64,000 nt of DNA from Candidatus Babeliales bacterium (lineage in GTDB: Bacteria > Babelota > Babeliae > Babelales > JBFXEV01): assembly GCA_050179755.1 (NCBI GenBank), contig JBFXEV010000001.1, positions 521,994 through 585,993 on the forward strand. The letters are read 5' to 3'. This document shows, in pieces, positions 9,930-19,709 of the stretch. Every line of letters begins with the position of its first letter. Position 1 is the stretch's first letter. The position numbers and the translations under genes were made by a program. Below the pieces are notes generated by a model, which worked only from the letters and a program-made list of their open reading frames with translations, did no database searches and was not told the DNA's origin.

Positions 9930-10679
9930 TTAATTATAATTTTTTTTCTTTGAGCGTATATGTAATACGCATAATATTCTATCAAACAGTAACACAAAAT
10001 ATGTTATTGCAACTTCGCGCATTACTTTGCCCGATAATTTAGAAACTCCGTGTATGCGTTGATGCGCTTCTATTGGCACTTGTGCAATGGTAGCACCACA
10101 TTGCTTAAAGCGATAGAGCGATTCCATTTGGAAGGCAAAACCTTTTGCGTGGATATTGTTATAAATGTGGGGCTTTAAAATGGCGGTATTATAGACACGA
10201 AATGCACCAGTGGCATCGCAATTTAATCCAAGACCATATTTTATCATGCCGCGCCAAAAATGAGTAAAAAATAGACGTATTGATCCCCAACCATGCATAG
10301 ACGCGCCTTGTGCATAGCGCGAACCAATTACAATATCGGCAGAATCTTTTTTGGCAATCATTGCAGGAATATATTTTGGATCGTGCGTTAGATCAGCATC
10401 CATAATAATAATAGAATCATAGTGATGCGTTTTAAGATAATCAAATGCTGCAAAATAAGCAGTCCCCAATCCTAATTTGCCAGCGCGATGTATGGCATGG
10501 ACCGTTGGATCTTGTATGGTAAGCGTGTCTATTACGTTGCCAGTGCCATCGGGAGAATTATCATCAATAAAAAGAATATCCACCGCACTATATGCTTTTT
10601 TAATACGATCGTATAAGAGCGGTACATTTTCACGCTCATTATACGTAGGTATTACCACTAAAATATTGTTTTGCATCAC
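9930..10679 (-). CDS. Polyprenol-phosphate mannose synthase (DPM1-like GT2)
   Basis: VVIPTYNE.EN, DDNSPDGT, KLGLGTAY, MDADLTHDP, GSRY. Confidence 0.9.
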   Translation of the reverse strand: MMQNNILVVIPTYNERENVPLLYDRIKKAYSAVDILFIDDNSPDGTGNVIDTLTIQDPTVHAIHRAGKLGLGTAYFAAFDYLKTHHYDSIIIMDADLTHDPKYIPAMIAKKDSADIVIGSRYAQGASMHGWGSIRLFFTHFWRGMIKYGLGLNCDATGAFRVYNTAILKPHIYNNIHAKGFAFQMESLYRFKQCGATIAQVPIEAHQRIHGVSKLSGKVMREVAITYFVLLFDRILCVLHIRSKKKNYN

Positions 10680-12853
10680 GCATTCTCCTTTAATTGCTGA
10701 AAGCCTCCGCCTTGGATAGCAAGTTGATCAATAATTAAGGTAAGTTTTGCAACACTATAGAGCCGTTCGTGGCTTATTGGGGCTTCAAATTCACCTTTTT
10801 GTACAGTTGAAAAGAAACGCTTGATCAATGCCTCATGCCCTTTATCTGGCTTAGTCGTTTTTTGATTAAACGATGGTGAAAGGCCAAATCCAGTGAGTGT
10901 TTTATAATTATCCATAACAATGGATTTGCCATCAAAGTAAAGTTCCATACGCTCTTGATCATCAGTTTTATGCCCTACTGACGTATATAATAAGGTGCAA
11001 ATTGAACTATCTGCAAAACTAATTTGTGCGCTAAAGTTGTCGGTTGGGAATATTTGTTCTCCCATATGGCGCAATGACTCTACCGATACTGCCACCGGTT
11101 CTGAATCGGCTAAATAATAAAAAAGATCGAGTATGTGGCATGCATCACCAATAATGTTACCTGCCCCCTTGCCACTTTGTTGCCAGTGATCTTTAAGCCG
11201 CGTACGCGCATTAATGCGGTATTGCACCATAATAGGTGTTGCACGCCCTTCAAGACGGGATTTGATTTGTTGCATGAACGGTGCAAACGATCTGTTGTAG
11301 CCAACGCAGAGCGGCGCTTGGGGATGTTCGGTTAAGAACGCTTTCATGCGCGCAAGTTGTTCAAAGTCGGTTACCATTGGCTTTGCAACAAAAGCAGCTT
11401 TGCCATGACTCAACGCATTGAGGGCTTGATCACAATGTTCATTATGAGGTGAAGCAATGACTACCGCATCAACTATGTCTTGCGTAAATAGTTCATGATC
11501 TGAGCTTAAAGCTCGTGCGGCACCATATTTTTTGGAAACATTAAGAGATGTTGCAATGTTGGCATCTACAACTGCATTAAGCTGTGCGTTTTTGATTGAA
11601 GAAACAATAGGAAGCAACGTTTCTTTTGCAAATGCGCCCGCACCAATCATTCCAATACGTAATTCATTCTTTACGGCAGGGATAAACGTAAGCTCTCCGC
11701 TTGCATCTTTGCTATTTGTTGAGAGTTTAGGTTTTTCCCCTGCAGGTTTTGCTTTAGGCGTATATGCAAGAAAAGCACCTAATTTTTTTTGTTTATTAAT
11801 TTGCGTATAAATAGTTTCTACATCTTTCATGTTTGCTTTATCAAGCAAAAAAGGATCAATGTCTATTGCGCCTTGTTCAAGTAAGGTAGTAAAAGCTTGC
11901 AAATTGCGCTGTTGAGTCCAATGATTACAGGCAACACGGCCTGGCTGATCAGCTTGTTCGTTATGCATGGCATCAGGATAATACGTATGTGCAATGATGA
12001 CATCAATCTCCTTGTGATACAATTTGTTTGCAGAGCAATCGGTGTTAATATCACCGATCACTACCATGCGACCGCGTTGACGCGTAAGGTCCATTGCTTG
12101 ATTTAAGAAGAAATGCTGATCAGTTGCAACAGTTATTATGGTTGCATCAACGCCGGCTGAATGTGTAATCATTTCAATGGCATCCATCAGCACTGTATCA
12201 TGAGGGTCGAAAACGTAATTAGCACCCGATGTTATGGCTATTTTACGGTTATTTTCATTGCTATCAATGCCGATAACCATAGATCCTGAGAGTTTTGCCA
12301 ATTGCACGGTAATTTGCCCTAATAGATCTAAACCAAATACGCATACAATTTCACCGATTTTAGCATGTGATCTGCGAACGGCATGGAGTGCAATGGCGCC
12401 AATAGCGCTTGAACTTGCAACTTTTAGAAATTTTTTATCGGAGACAAAAGCAGCTTGATGCTCTGGTACACAGATAATATCTGCATGGTTTGCTTTGCCT
12501 GCGCCGGCACATGCCACCAAATCTCCAGTGCGGAATTTAGTTACATTTTTTCCAATGGCAATTACTTGCCCCGCGCATGCATAGCCTAATGGCAAAATAG
12601 TATCTTGTGCATGTTTATCGTATGTTATATTTTCTTCTATAGAAGATGCTACAAATGCTGCGAGAATGCGATTTACTTTTTCGGGTAGTGAGCTTAGCGA
12701 GAAACCGCGCTCAGTGAGCGCTAAAATAGCTGATTCTATTGCGGGGCTTAAGCATGAATAGTGTACTGAAACTAAGACAGAGTTATCATCAAGTGCTGGC
12801 TGACAGACCTCTTTGAGTGCTATCATACTATCTTCTAAAAATAACTGCCTCAT
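10676..12853 (-). CDS. Bi-domain oxidoreductase (MDR dehydrogenase + Gfo/Idh/MocA)
   Basis: PLGYACAG, GDLVACAG..ANHA N-domain; IGMIGAGAFA and VGYNRSFAP C-domain. Confidence 0.88.
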   Translation of the reverse strand: MRQLFLEDSMIALKEVCQPALDDNSVLVSVHYSCLSPAIESAILALTERGFSLSSLPEKVNRILAAFVASSIEENITYDKHAQDTILPLGYACAGQVIAIGKNVTKFRTGDLVACAGAGKANHADIICVPEHQAAFVSDKKFLKVASSSAIGAIALHAVRRSHAKIGEIVCVFGLDLLGQITVQLAKLSGSMVIGIDSNENNRKIAITSGANYVFDPHDTVLMDAIEMITHSAGVDATIITVATDQHFFLNQAMDLTRQRGRMVVIGDINTDCSANKLYHKEIDVIIAHTYYPDAMHNEQADQPGRVACNHWTQQRNLQAFTTLLEQGAIDIDPFLLDKANMKDVETIYTQINKQKKLGAFLAYTPKAKPAGEKPKLSTNSKDASGELTFIPAVKNELRIGMIGAGAFAKETLLPIVSSIKNAQLNAVVDANIATSLNVSKKYGAARALSSDHELFTQDIVDAVVIASPHNEHCDQALNALSHGKAAFVAKPMVTDFEQLARMKAFLTEHPQAPLCVGYNRSFAPFMQQIKSRLEGRATPIMVQYRINARTRLKDHWQQSGKGAGNIIGDACHILDLFYYLADSEPVAVSVESLRHMGEQIFPTDNFSAQISFADSSICTLLYTSVGHKTDDQERMELYFDGKSIVMDNYKTLTGFGLSPSFNQKTTKPDKGHEALIKRFFSTVQKGEFEAPISHERLYSVAKLTLIIDQLAIQGGGFQQLKENA

Positions 12854-12990
12854 AAAAGAATTCCTAAATTAGTTATACGTTGCTTTATATTAAATATGAC
12901 GTTTTAGGTCATTAAAGTATATCATTTTTTTTGAATTGCGTCCTGATTTTGTTGAGTAAATGAGTTTGTAAAAGATACATTTAAAGACTT

Positions 12991-13458
12991 TTAAAAAGGT
13001 GAATAACCTTGTGTTTTAAGATTTTGCATGGTCAAAAAAAGCGGTTCTGGCAAATTGTGCCACGTAGCCCATACCCACTCGGCGCATTTATGTGGTTCAA
13101 GCAACTGAGGCTCGCCGCTGATATATTCTGAACGCATAAAAATGGTTATATAGTGTTTTTGTTCTGAAATAAAGAGATCGTTAGTGATTGTTGCAAATGT
13201 AACATTCTTAAGTTCAAGGCCTGTTTCTTCCAGCACTTCGCGCCGCGCGCATTGTTCAATATCTTCATAGAATTCAAGATGACCGCCAGGAAACGCCCAC
13301 GTACCCTCTCCGTGTGCATTAATGCGCTTGCCAATTAATACGGTATTATTTTTGATAACAATCACGCCCACGCCAATACGTGGCACCATTGGGTTGCCCT
13401 TGGCATCAAAGTTAATTTTATTATTGATGTTGATTGTTTCTTTTCGTGTTATTTCCAT
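12991..13458 (-). CDS. NUDIX hydrolase (MutT/NUDT15-like)
   Basis: PGGHLEFYEDIEQCARREVLEETGL Nudix box; EPHKCAEW. Confidence 0.92.
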   Translation of the reverse strand: MEITRKETININNKINFDAKGNPMVPRIGVGVIVIKNNTVLIGKRINAHGEGTWAFPGGHLEFYEDIEQCARREVLEETGLELKNVTFATITNDLFISEQKHYITIFMRSEYISGEPQLLEPHKCAEWVWATWHNLPEPLFLTMQNLKTQGYSPF

Positions 13459-13540
13459 CTTGTTTTTCTCAAGTTATTCAGTTTAATTGTTATTCTAGTG
13501 TACATTAAAATCACTTGGGTTCATAAAAAATAGGATAAAA

Positions 13541-13969
13541 ATGGCAGATGATATAGCAATTAAAAACGGTATAGTAATTCCTGCTCATGAGCTAGAAATT
13601 ACAGCAAGTAGATCGGGCGGTCCGGGTGGCCAGCATGTGAATAAAACAAGCTCACGCATTACCGTGCGCTGGAATGTAAAAAATAGTCAGGCGCTTACTG
13701 ATGAGCAAAAGGCTCGTTTATTTGAAAAGCTTGCTTCAGAGATAACCGAAGACGGCGATATTTTGGTGCACAGTAGCGAGTCTCGGAGCCAAGGTGCCAA
13801 TAAAAAAAATGCGTTTGATCGCCTTTCGCATAAAATTCATAAGGCACTTTTGGTGCCCAAAAAGCGCATGAAAACCAAAATATCAAAAACTGCAAAAGAT
13901 AAAGCTTTACAAGCCAAAAAAAGGCATAGTGAAATCAAGAAGTTGCGCAGCAAAGATTGGAAGGCTTAA
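13541..13969 (+). CDS. arfB: Alternative ribosome rescue peptidyl-tRNA hydrolase ArfB
   Basis: SRSGGPGGQHVNKT, RSQ..NK, basic C-terminal tail. Confidence 0.93.
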   Translation: MADDIAIKNGIVIPAHELEITASRSGGPGGQHVNKTSSRITVRWNVKNSQALTDEQKARLFEKLASEITEDGDILVHSSESRSQGANKKNAFDRLSHKIHKALLVPKKRMKTKISKTAKDKALQAKKRHSEIKKLRSKDWKA

Positions 13970-13972
13970 TTT

Positions 13973-14560
13973 ATGAAAATATATTTACTTATTATTGCTT
14001 TGCTTAGCGCAAGCGCTGGTTATTTTTTTTTAATTAAACCACAGGGAGGGCAAAGCATGCTAAAACTTGCAAGTAATTCCTTTGTTGATAAAGGTGAAAT
14101 TCCTCAACAGTATACGTGCCAAGGTGAGAATATTAGCCCGGAGCTTCATTGGGATTCTGATATTGAGCATGTTGGCAGTTATGTGCTTATTGTAGATGAC
14201 CCTGATGCGCAAAAAGTGGTGGGTAAAACCTTTGTGCATTGGATTGCATATGTGCCTGAACGCGTGAATGAACTTCCCGAAGGTGCTTCTGGCAAAGGGA
14301 TAGCTTTTACGGGATTTAATGTTGAATTGCATGAAGAACCAAATGATTCAGGAAAAACAGTGTATTATGGGCCATGCCCACCAGCAGGCAGTGGTGTGCA
14401 TACCTATAGATTTACTTTGTATGCAGTAAAAGAAACTGTTGATCAGTTAATTGAACAAAGTAAGTTCGAAGCACCGTTTACCGCTGAAGTCTTTGCAAAA
14501 AATATGGTAGGATCACTACTTGGTCAAGCGCGCATTACGGGCAGCTATGAAAGCAAATAA
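13973..14560 (+). CDS. YbhB/YbcL (PEBP/RKIP-like) protein
   Basis: YTCQGENISPEL, DDPDA..FVHW, YYGPCPP.G.H.YRF. Confidence 0.9.
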   Translation: MKIYLLIIALLSASAGYFFLIKPQGGQSMLKLASNSFVDKGEIPQQYTCQGENISPELHWDSDIEHVGSYVLIVDDPDAQKVVGKTFVHWIAYVPERVNELPEGASGKGIAFTGFNVELHEEPNDSGKTVYYGPCPPAGSGVHTYRFTLYAVKETVDQLIEQSKFEAPFTAEVFAKNMVGSLLGQARITGSYESK

Positions 14561-14565
14561 CTATT

Positions 14566-15201
14566 TTATAAATTGAGTTCCATGATAACCACTTTGCCAT
14601 AATTGGGTTGATCTTCTTCGTGTATTTTGTTAAAACCAACTTTTTCATAAGCTTTTATTGCAGCGATATTATCTGGATGTGGATCAATTATAAATTTCTT
14701 AACTGTATGGCGTTGCTTGATCAATGTTAAAAAGGCTTGCAACGTTTTGGTGCCATATCCTTTGCCAAGATATTCAGGATTTGCAATATAGAGATCCATG
14801 CCGTAGGTGCCCTCAGGATCTTTATTGCCAAAGGCATCTGGAATTTTATGCGCATCATAGTATTGAATAAAGCCGAGTGGTTCTTCATCAACAGAAAAGA
14901 TATATCCATGGACGTTGGAGTTATGCAGATTTTTTGTATATTTTTCTTGAAATTGTTCCCATGGTAACGCATCAAGATGCCACCATTTTTTTACATGTGG
15001 TGTGTGTACCCATCTAAAGAGCTGTGGAAAGTCAAATTCAGTAATGGGTTTAAAAGTAATATTCATTGTGCTCCGTTTTGATTCATAACTTTGTGCAGTA
15101 AGTATTATTTGTAGGTGCAATGCCACTAAAAAAATTACTATAGCGAGAGAATTAAAAGATAGAGTTAATCTTTTCACGTACTTAATCAAGTAGCTTATCA
15201 A
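14566..15201 (-). CDS. GNAT acetyltransferase, AAC(6')-Ib-like
   Basis: PHVKKWW, GFIQYY, GMDLYIA..YLGKGYG, IDP..N.AAIKAYEKVGF. Confidence 0.85.
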   Translation of the reverse strand: MISYLIKYVKRLTLSFNSLAIVIFLVALHLQIILTAQSYESKRSTMNITFKPITEFDFPQLFRWVHTPHVKKWWHLDALPWEQFQEKYTKNLHNSNVHGYIFSVDEEPLGFIQYYDAHKIPDAFGNKDPEGTYGMDLYIANPEYLGKGYGTKTLQAFLTLIKQRHTVKKFIIDPHPDNIAAIKAYEKVGFNKIHEEDQPNYGKVVIMELNL

Positions 15202-16111
15202 AGAATAAGCTTATTTTTGTGCCATAGGCAAGTTCTTGATAATAATATTTCACCGCTTTTTTGGTTAGTGATTTGAGTTGTTGCCATTCTTTATGCGTAT
15301 CAACACTTTGTGCGGTATATGCATGCTTTATTTCAAACATGCTTATTAATACATCTTCTTGTGCACTTTCTAAGCGTCTTAGGGAGCGTTTAGTAGATTT
15401 TGCGTAAGCATCAAAAGAAGTCAAGATATATTTTTTGAAGTTGCTTAAGTAGTTTTTGCATAGCGCAGAACGAGGTTGTTGTTTGCAATAAGCCATGCAC
15501 AGAGAGTGTGATTCTATTGCATCAAGATAGCGTGCAAGAAGTTCCATGTGCTGATTAAAATCTAATCGCGTAGAGAGTTCTTGGTACAATTGCTTTTTAA
15601 ATTCAGAAAGCATCATTTGGAATAGTATTTGATTTTGTACAAGGCTGAGGTCAAGCTCATCAAGAGTATTTAGTTTTTGCCTATTATACGCTCTGCCGGT
15701 TTTAGCATTAAGATCTAAAATATCTCCATTTGCATAATCATATTCTTTAATACAATTGCCTTGTGTATCATAAAAAGCAATTGTTTCTTGATAGCGAGGT
15801 GCGTGTTTACAATAAGGCATGCGATACAAACGTGCTTTGTGTGTTATTTTACACGAGACAGGCCGCGGCTTTGCAGCATAAGGGTCTAGCCGTTCGTCAA
15901 ATGCATAATGTGGGGAAATAGTTTTTAAAGGAACACCATCAGCTGAGTAGTAAGTAACGTGATTTTCGTGCGGCGTGTTATGTATAAAATATGAGGCGCC
16001 AGGTATAATGTTGGGCGATGGATAAAAATAGTTAGCTTGAGTAGTAGATGTATAGTTGAGGTGAAAAAAAAGAGAAATAAATAATAAGGAATTAATAGTA
16101 GGTTTGAACAT
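15182..16111 (-). CDS. Secreted hypothetical protein
   Basis: 309-aa ORF with signal-peptide-like N-terminus. Confidence 0.65.
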   Translation of the reverse strand: MFKPTINSLLFISLFFHLNYTSTTQANYFYPSPNIIPGASYFIHNTPHENHVTYYSADGVPLKTISPHYAFDERLDPYAAKPRPVSCKITHKARLYRMPYCKHAPRYQETIAFYDTQGNCIKEYDYANGDILDLNAKTGRAYNRQKLNTLDELDLSLVQNQILFQMMLSEFKKQLYQELSTRLDFNQHMELLARYLDAIESHSLCMAYCKQQPRSALCKNYLSNFKKYILTSFDAYAKSTKRSLRRLESAQEDVLISMFEIKHAYTAQSVDTHKEWQQLKSLTKKAVKYYYQELAYGTKISLFFDKLLD

Positions 16112-16267
16112 GTTGATATCCTTGTAAAAAAAAGCCTATTGCGGTATAGTGTAGCATAAAAATGGCAGCGTGAAAACTTTTTAAATTTTTCATTGGCTTG
16201 ATTTGGCAAGGATAGCCTTTTGATTGCTCCATGGTCAAACAATTAAAACTCTCACTAAAGGAATATC

Positions 16268-16912
16268 GTGCTATTAATATATGCAAGTCGATTTATAAAG
16301 TGTTGTGTTAGGACTATTGATGCTTTAATTGTTGGCGTTGTGGGTAAGAATAAGGCTTCTGAACCAGAATATGTTAAAAAGGATTATCCGGTTAAAAAGG
16401 TTGTGCATCAGAATCTCATTCAGTTGCTGGTGATCAATGCAAAAAAAGAATTATGGCTTATTGGCGCACAGGACCCTTTTTCAACTTCGGCTGAAGATTT
16501 ATTTTGGTTTACACCGGGGGGCAGTATTGAGGGGGAAGAAACAGTTTTGCAAGCTGCACAGAGAGTTATAGATCGTGAAATTGGATTGTCACACAATGAA
16601 GTGCGTTTTGGCCCTATTGTGTGGTTTGGAGAATTTGAGTATCAATTAATGAATACGGTAACAAAATGTTCTCAACAGTTTATAGTGATTTATACAGAAC
16701 AAAGTTGTATTACCTTGCAGCAGGCCCAAATAGCTAAAAAACTTCCTGTAGTGAAAACAAAATGGTTCACTTATGATGAAATTGTTGCAAGTGAGAGCAT
16801 AGCTCCTATAGGATTGAAAAGAAACATCAAAGATGTCTTGGAACAAAAACATCCAAGTTCTCCCATTAAAATTCCTTTAAGAACCAACGCTAAACAATAC
16901 TATTTTTTATGA
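16268..16912 (+). CDS. NUDIX-fold protein with degenerate Nudix box (start uncertain)
   Basis: FWFTPGGSIEGEETVLQAAQRVIDREIG. Confidence 0.7.
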   Translation: MLLIYASRFIKCCVRTIDALIVGVVGKNKASEPEYVKKDYPVKKVVHQNLIQLLVINAKKELWLIGAQDPFSTSAEDLFWFTPGGSIEGEETVLQAAQRVIDREIGLSHNEVRFGPIVWFGEFEYQLMNTVTKCSQQFIVIYTEQSCITLQQAQIAKKLPVVKTKWFTYDEIVASESIAPIGLKRNIKDVLEQKHPSSPIKIPLRTNAKQYYFL

Positions 16913-17986
16913 TTACTTAATTTCAGGATATTTTGCGGGTGCTTTTAAGCAATATGCTGCAAGATAGCTGCCCTCAGGGTGCTCAGCAATAGTAACATAT
17001 TTTCGTTCCATAAAACCGCCCCGCTCTGATCGTTTCTGCATTTGTGTTGTAATAATATCATGTACGTCAATGTTGTGCGCAACACACAGCGCATCAATAA
17101 CTTCGTAGACGTCAGCAAGTTCATGTATCAGCTCTGCGTGCGTAATTGCAGCTTTTACTTCCTTTGCCTCTTCAAGCAGTTTCAAGCGCAATTCATGATC
17201 AAACTCTTGATCAGTAAGATACTTGGTATGAATTACCGATCCTTGTTCTTGCGCTTGCCTGGGCATTTTATCGCGCCATAATTTATTTTGTACAAAGTAG
17301 CGGTATTTAGGTTGTGCGGGTTGTTCTGTGCATGCATTGCTTTCAAACATAGCCAAAAACTTTTTAAGTGCGCGCATGCGATATTGGTATGGTTCGCCTT
17401 TGTCTTCTTGAACTAACTCGTCTACCGTTTGAGTGGCTCCATCGGGAATAAAGATAGTGTCAAAAGGCGCTTCTTTTCTATGAAGATCAAGCCGCGCACA
17501 AGTAGTAATAGTGCCGTGAATAGTTTCTTCTATGATCGCATATTCATTATCGCCGTACATAAATACAAGCACAATGCGAATATGCATTCGTTGCCCGGTT
17601 TCGATTAATTTAAAAATGCCAGGAAGACCTAATGTTTTATACACAAACTTGGTCATGGTGCCAGGAAAATCGGGATATGCATCAAAAAATACTGCGGTAT
17701 CATCAACAAGCACTGGCTGTTTTAGTGTTTGCCATGCTGCGCGTGCTTTATCAAGTGCGATAGTTTTTTGATCCAGTGTTTGTATTTCTGGAATATCAAG
17801 ATCGCATTGCTGTAATGTTATATGTGAGGCATATTTTTTAAAAAAATCACTTGCTTCTTGGAGTTTTATGGCGTTGCCAGTTACATAATACAGTTGATTG
17901 ATATCTGAGAATGAAGGTCGTGCTGCATTTAAAATATTCATAGTATACCCCATACAAATGATAAGAATCGTGATTTGTTTATGCAT
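16913..17986 (-). CDS. Ham1/ITPase (RdgB-like) fused to all-alpha MazG-like NTP pyrophosphohydrolase
   Basis: VTGN..KLQE, PEIQ, VDDT..PG, FDTIFIPDG; then NKLWRDKMP..KLLEE..ELADVYEV..KR.ERGGF; start at MHKQITIL. Confidence 0.85.
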   Translation of the reverse strand: MHKQITILIICMGYTMNILNAARPSFSDINQLYYVTGNAIKLQEASDFFKKYASHITLQQCDLDIPEIQTLDQKTIALDKARAAWQTLKQPVLVDDTAVFFDAYPDFPGTMTKFVYKTLGLPGIFKLIETGQRMHIRIVLVFMYGDNEYAIIEETIHGTITTCARLDLHRKEAPFDTIFIPDGATQTVDELVQEDKGEPYQYRMRALKKFLAMFESNACTEQPAQPKYRYFVQNKLWRDKMPRQAQEQGSVIHTKYLTDQEFDHELRLKLLEEAKEVKAAITHAELIHELADVYEVIDALCVAHNIDVHDIITTQMQKRSERGGFMERKYVTIAEHPEGSYLAAYCLKAPAKYPEIK

Positions 17987-18066
17987 TGCTTTTATTGACT
18001 CGTGTTTGGTGATTGCATTAAAGTTAGAATAACAAAGTGATATAAAATAACCAGTCGGAGACAAAA

Positions 18067-18954
18067 ATGATAGTAAAATATTTATTGATACTAAGCAGCT
18101 TGTTGTTAAGTGTACAGCTTGATGCCATGCAAGCGCCAGAACAACCATTGCGTATAATGACGTTTAATGTGCGTAGAGCTGGCAAAGAAAGCGCCGACAA
18201 CATGCAAAAAAGTTGGACGAACCGCAAACCGCTTGTTGTTGCAGCTCTTAAAGCGTTGCAGCCTGATATATTTGGTTTGCAAGAACCAACCATTGAACAA
18301 ATTCAAGATATAGAAAATGGCCTTGGTGCGGAGTATGCATGGGTTGGTAAAGGCCGCGGTAAAGAATGGTGGGGAAAATCAGAAGATGAATATAACCCAC
18401 TCTTTTATAAAAACAAACGATTAGAACTTTTAGATTCTGGCACGTTTGTGCTTAATCCATCAGGCGCTTTAAATTGGAGATTTCTATGGAGCCCTAGAAC
18501 CGTTGGCTTGCTCACGCGCATTTCCACCTGGGGCAAATTTAAAGACAGGTTGAATGGCCAAGAATTTTATGTATACAACACACATCTTGATCATAAGTTT
18601 GCAGCAGCGCAAGTGCATGGCATGCAAGCAATTTGCACCAAGATTGGTGAATGTACTGATAAGTTACCGGTAATTTTAATGGGTGATTTTAATACTGAAT
18701 TAACGCCGGCCTTGCTCGAGGGTGAGCTCAAAGATTTTGCCAATACTAAAGCTCTTGCGCAAAATCGAGTTGGCCCAGATCAAACGCGTACGGGGTGGGA
18801 TTTTAAAGAGCTTAAGGACATTGATCATATTTTAGTGAGTAAGCAAGCTCCGGTGGTGGTCAAAGAGCATCGTGTGGTGCAAGAGGAAAGCCGTGAGCGT
18901 ATGCCCAGTGATCATAGGCCAGTGCTTGTTGATCTTCTGTTTATAAAAAAATAA
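18067..18954 (+). CDS. Endonuclease/exonuclease/phosphatase (EEP) family protein, secreted
   Basis: MTFNVR, DIFGLQE, NTHLD, MGDFN, IDHI, SDH motifs; signal peptide. Confidence 0.92.
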   Translation: MIVKYLLILSSLLLSVQLDAMQAPEQPLRIMTFNVRRAGKESADNMQKSWTNRKPLVVAALKALQPDIFGLQEPTIEQIQDIENGLGAEYAWVGKGRGKEWWGKSEDEYNPLFYKNKRLELLDSGTFVLNPSGALNWRFLWSPRTVGLLTRISTWGKFKDRLNGQEFYVYNTHLDHKFAAAQVHGMQAICTKIGECTDKLPVILMGDFNTELTPALLEGELKDFANTKALAQNRVGPDQTRTGWDFKELKDIDHILVSKQAPVVVKEHRVVQEESRERMPSDHRPVLVDLLFIKK

Positions 18955-19030
18955 TAAAAAAGAGAGTTGTATATTTTTTTGTAATTTAAGTACACTGTTT
19001 TTAAAGAATTAAATTTTAAAAGGGTGTGCC

Positions 19031-19597
19031 GTGAAAAAGTATATGCTCAGTTGTTTATTATTGGTTTGTGGAACTGCATCAGCCTACCAGTATCTTTATG
19101 CACCATGGCGCACTGATTATATTTTAAATACTGGCCACAAGCCGGTTGTAAGCTATGATAAGGAGTCATGTGTTTTTTGTGAACGCATTGCAGCTCACGC
19201 TGATGACGTGCATTTTATTTTGCATCGGGCAAAGCACCACATTGTAATTCTTAATAGATACCCATATAATACAGGGCATTTATTGATTATGCCTTATGCA
19301 CATAGCGCCAATTTAGATGATTTATCTGATGATGCACGTTTTGAATTAATAGAACTTGTTACACGCAGTGTGCAAGTACTTAAAAAACGATTAGATGCTC
19401 ATGCAGTTAATGTGGGCATTAATTTGGGAAGCGCGGCTGGGGCCGGCATCCCTGCGCATTTGCATGTTCATTTAGTACCGCGTTGGGAACGTGATACGGG
19501 TTTTTTGGATACGTGCGCTGAAACTAAATTGGTATCAGTTGATTTGGTGAAAGTTTATGAGCAACTAAAAATATGTTTTGAAGCACTAGAAGTTTGA
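19031..19597 (+). CDS. HIT family hydrolase (Ap4A/FHIT-like) with signal peptide
   Basis: LYAPWR, CVFC, NRYPYNTGHL, HLHVHLVPRW. Confidence 0.92.
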   Translation: MKKYMLSCLLLVCGTASAYQYLYAPWRTDYILNTGHKPVVSYDKESCVFCERIAAHADDVHFILHRAKHHIVILNRYPYNTGHLLIMPYAHSANLDDLSDDARFELIELVTRSVQVLKKRLDAHAVNVGINLGSAAGAGIPAHLHVHLVPRWERDTGFLDTCAETKLVSVDLVKVYEQLKICFEALEV

Positions 19598-19650
19598 GAT
19601 ATGAAATGAACACCATGCAAGCAAGCGAACCGCTACATGTTTATTAAAAT

Positions 19651-19690
19651 TACAAAGAAGTACTTAGTTTTTACTTGGTACTTCTTTGTA
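19651..19690. terminator. Bidirectional hairpin terminator
   Basis: Perfect 13-bp stem tacaaagaagtac/gtacttctttgta between convergent genes. Confidence 0.7.
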
Positions 19691-19709
19691 CAAAGAATTT
19701 TTTGTCTTT

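Noticed and set aside
14566..15201. Bona fide aminoglycoside resistance gene
   Set aside because: Only family-level GNAT similarity; no mobile context and substrate cannot be inferred
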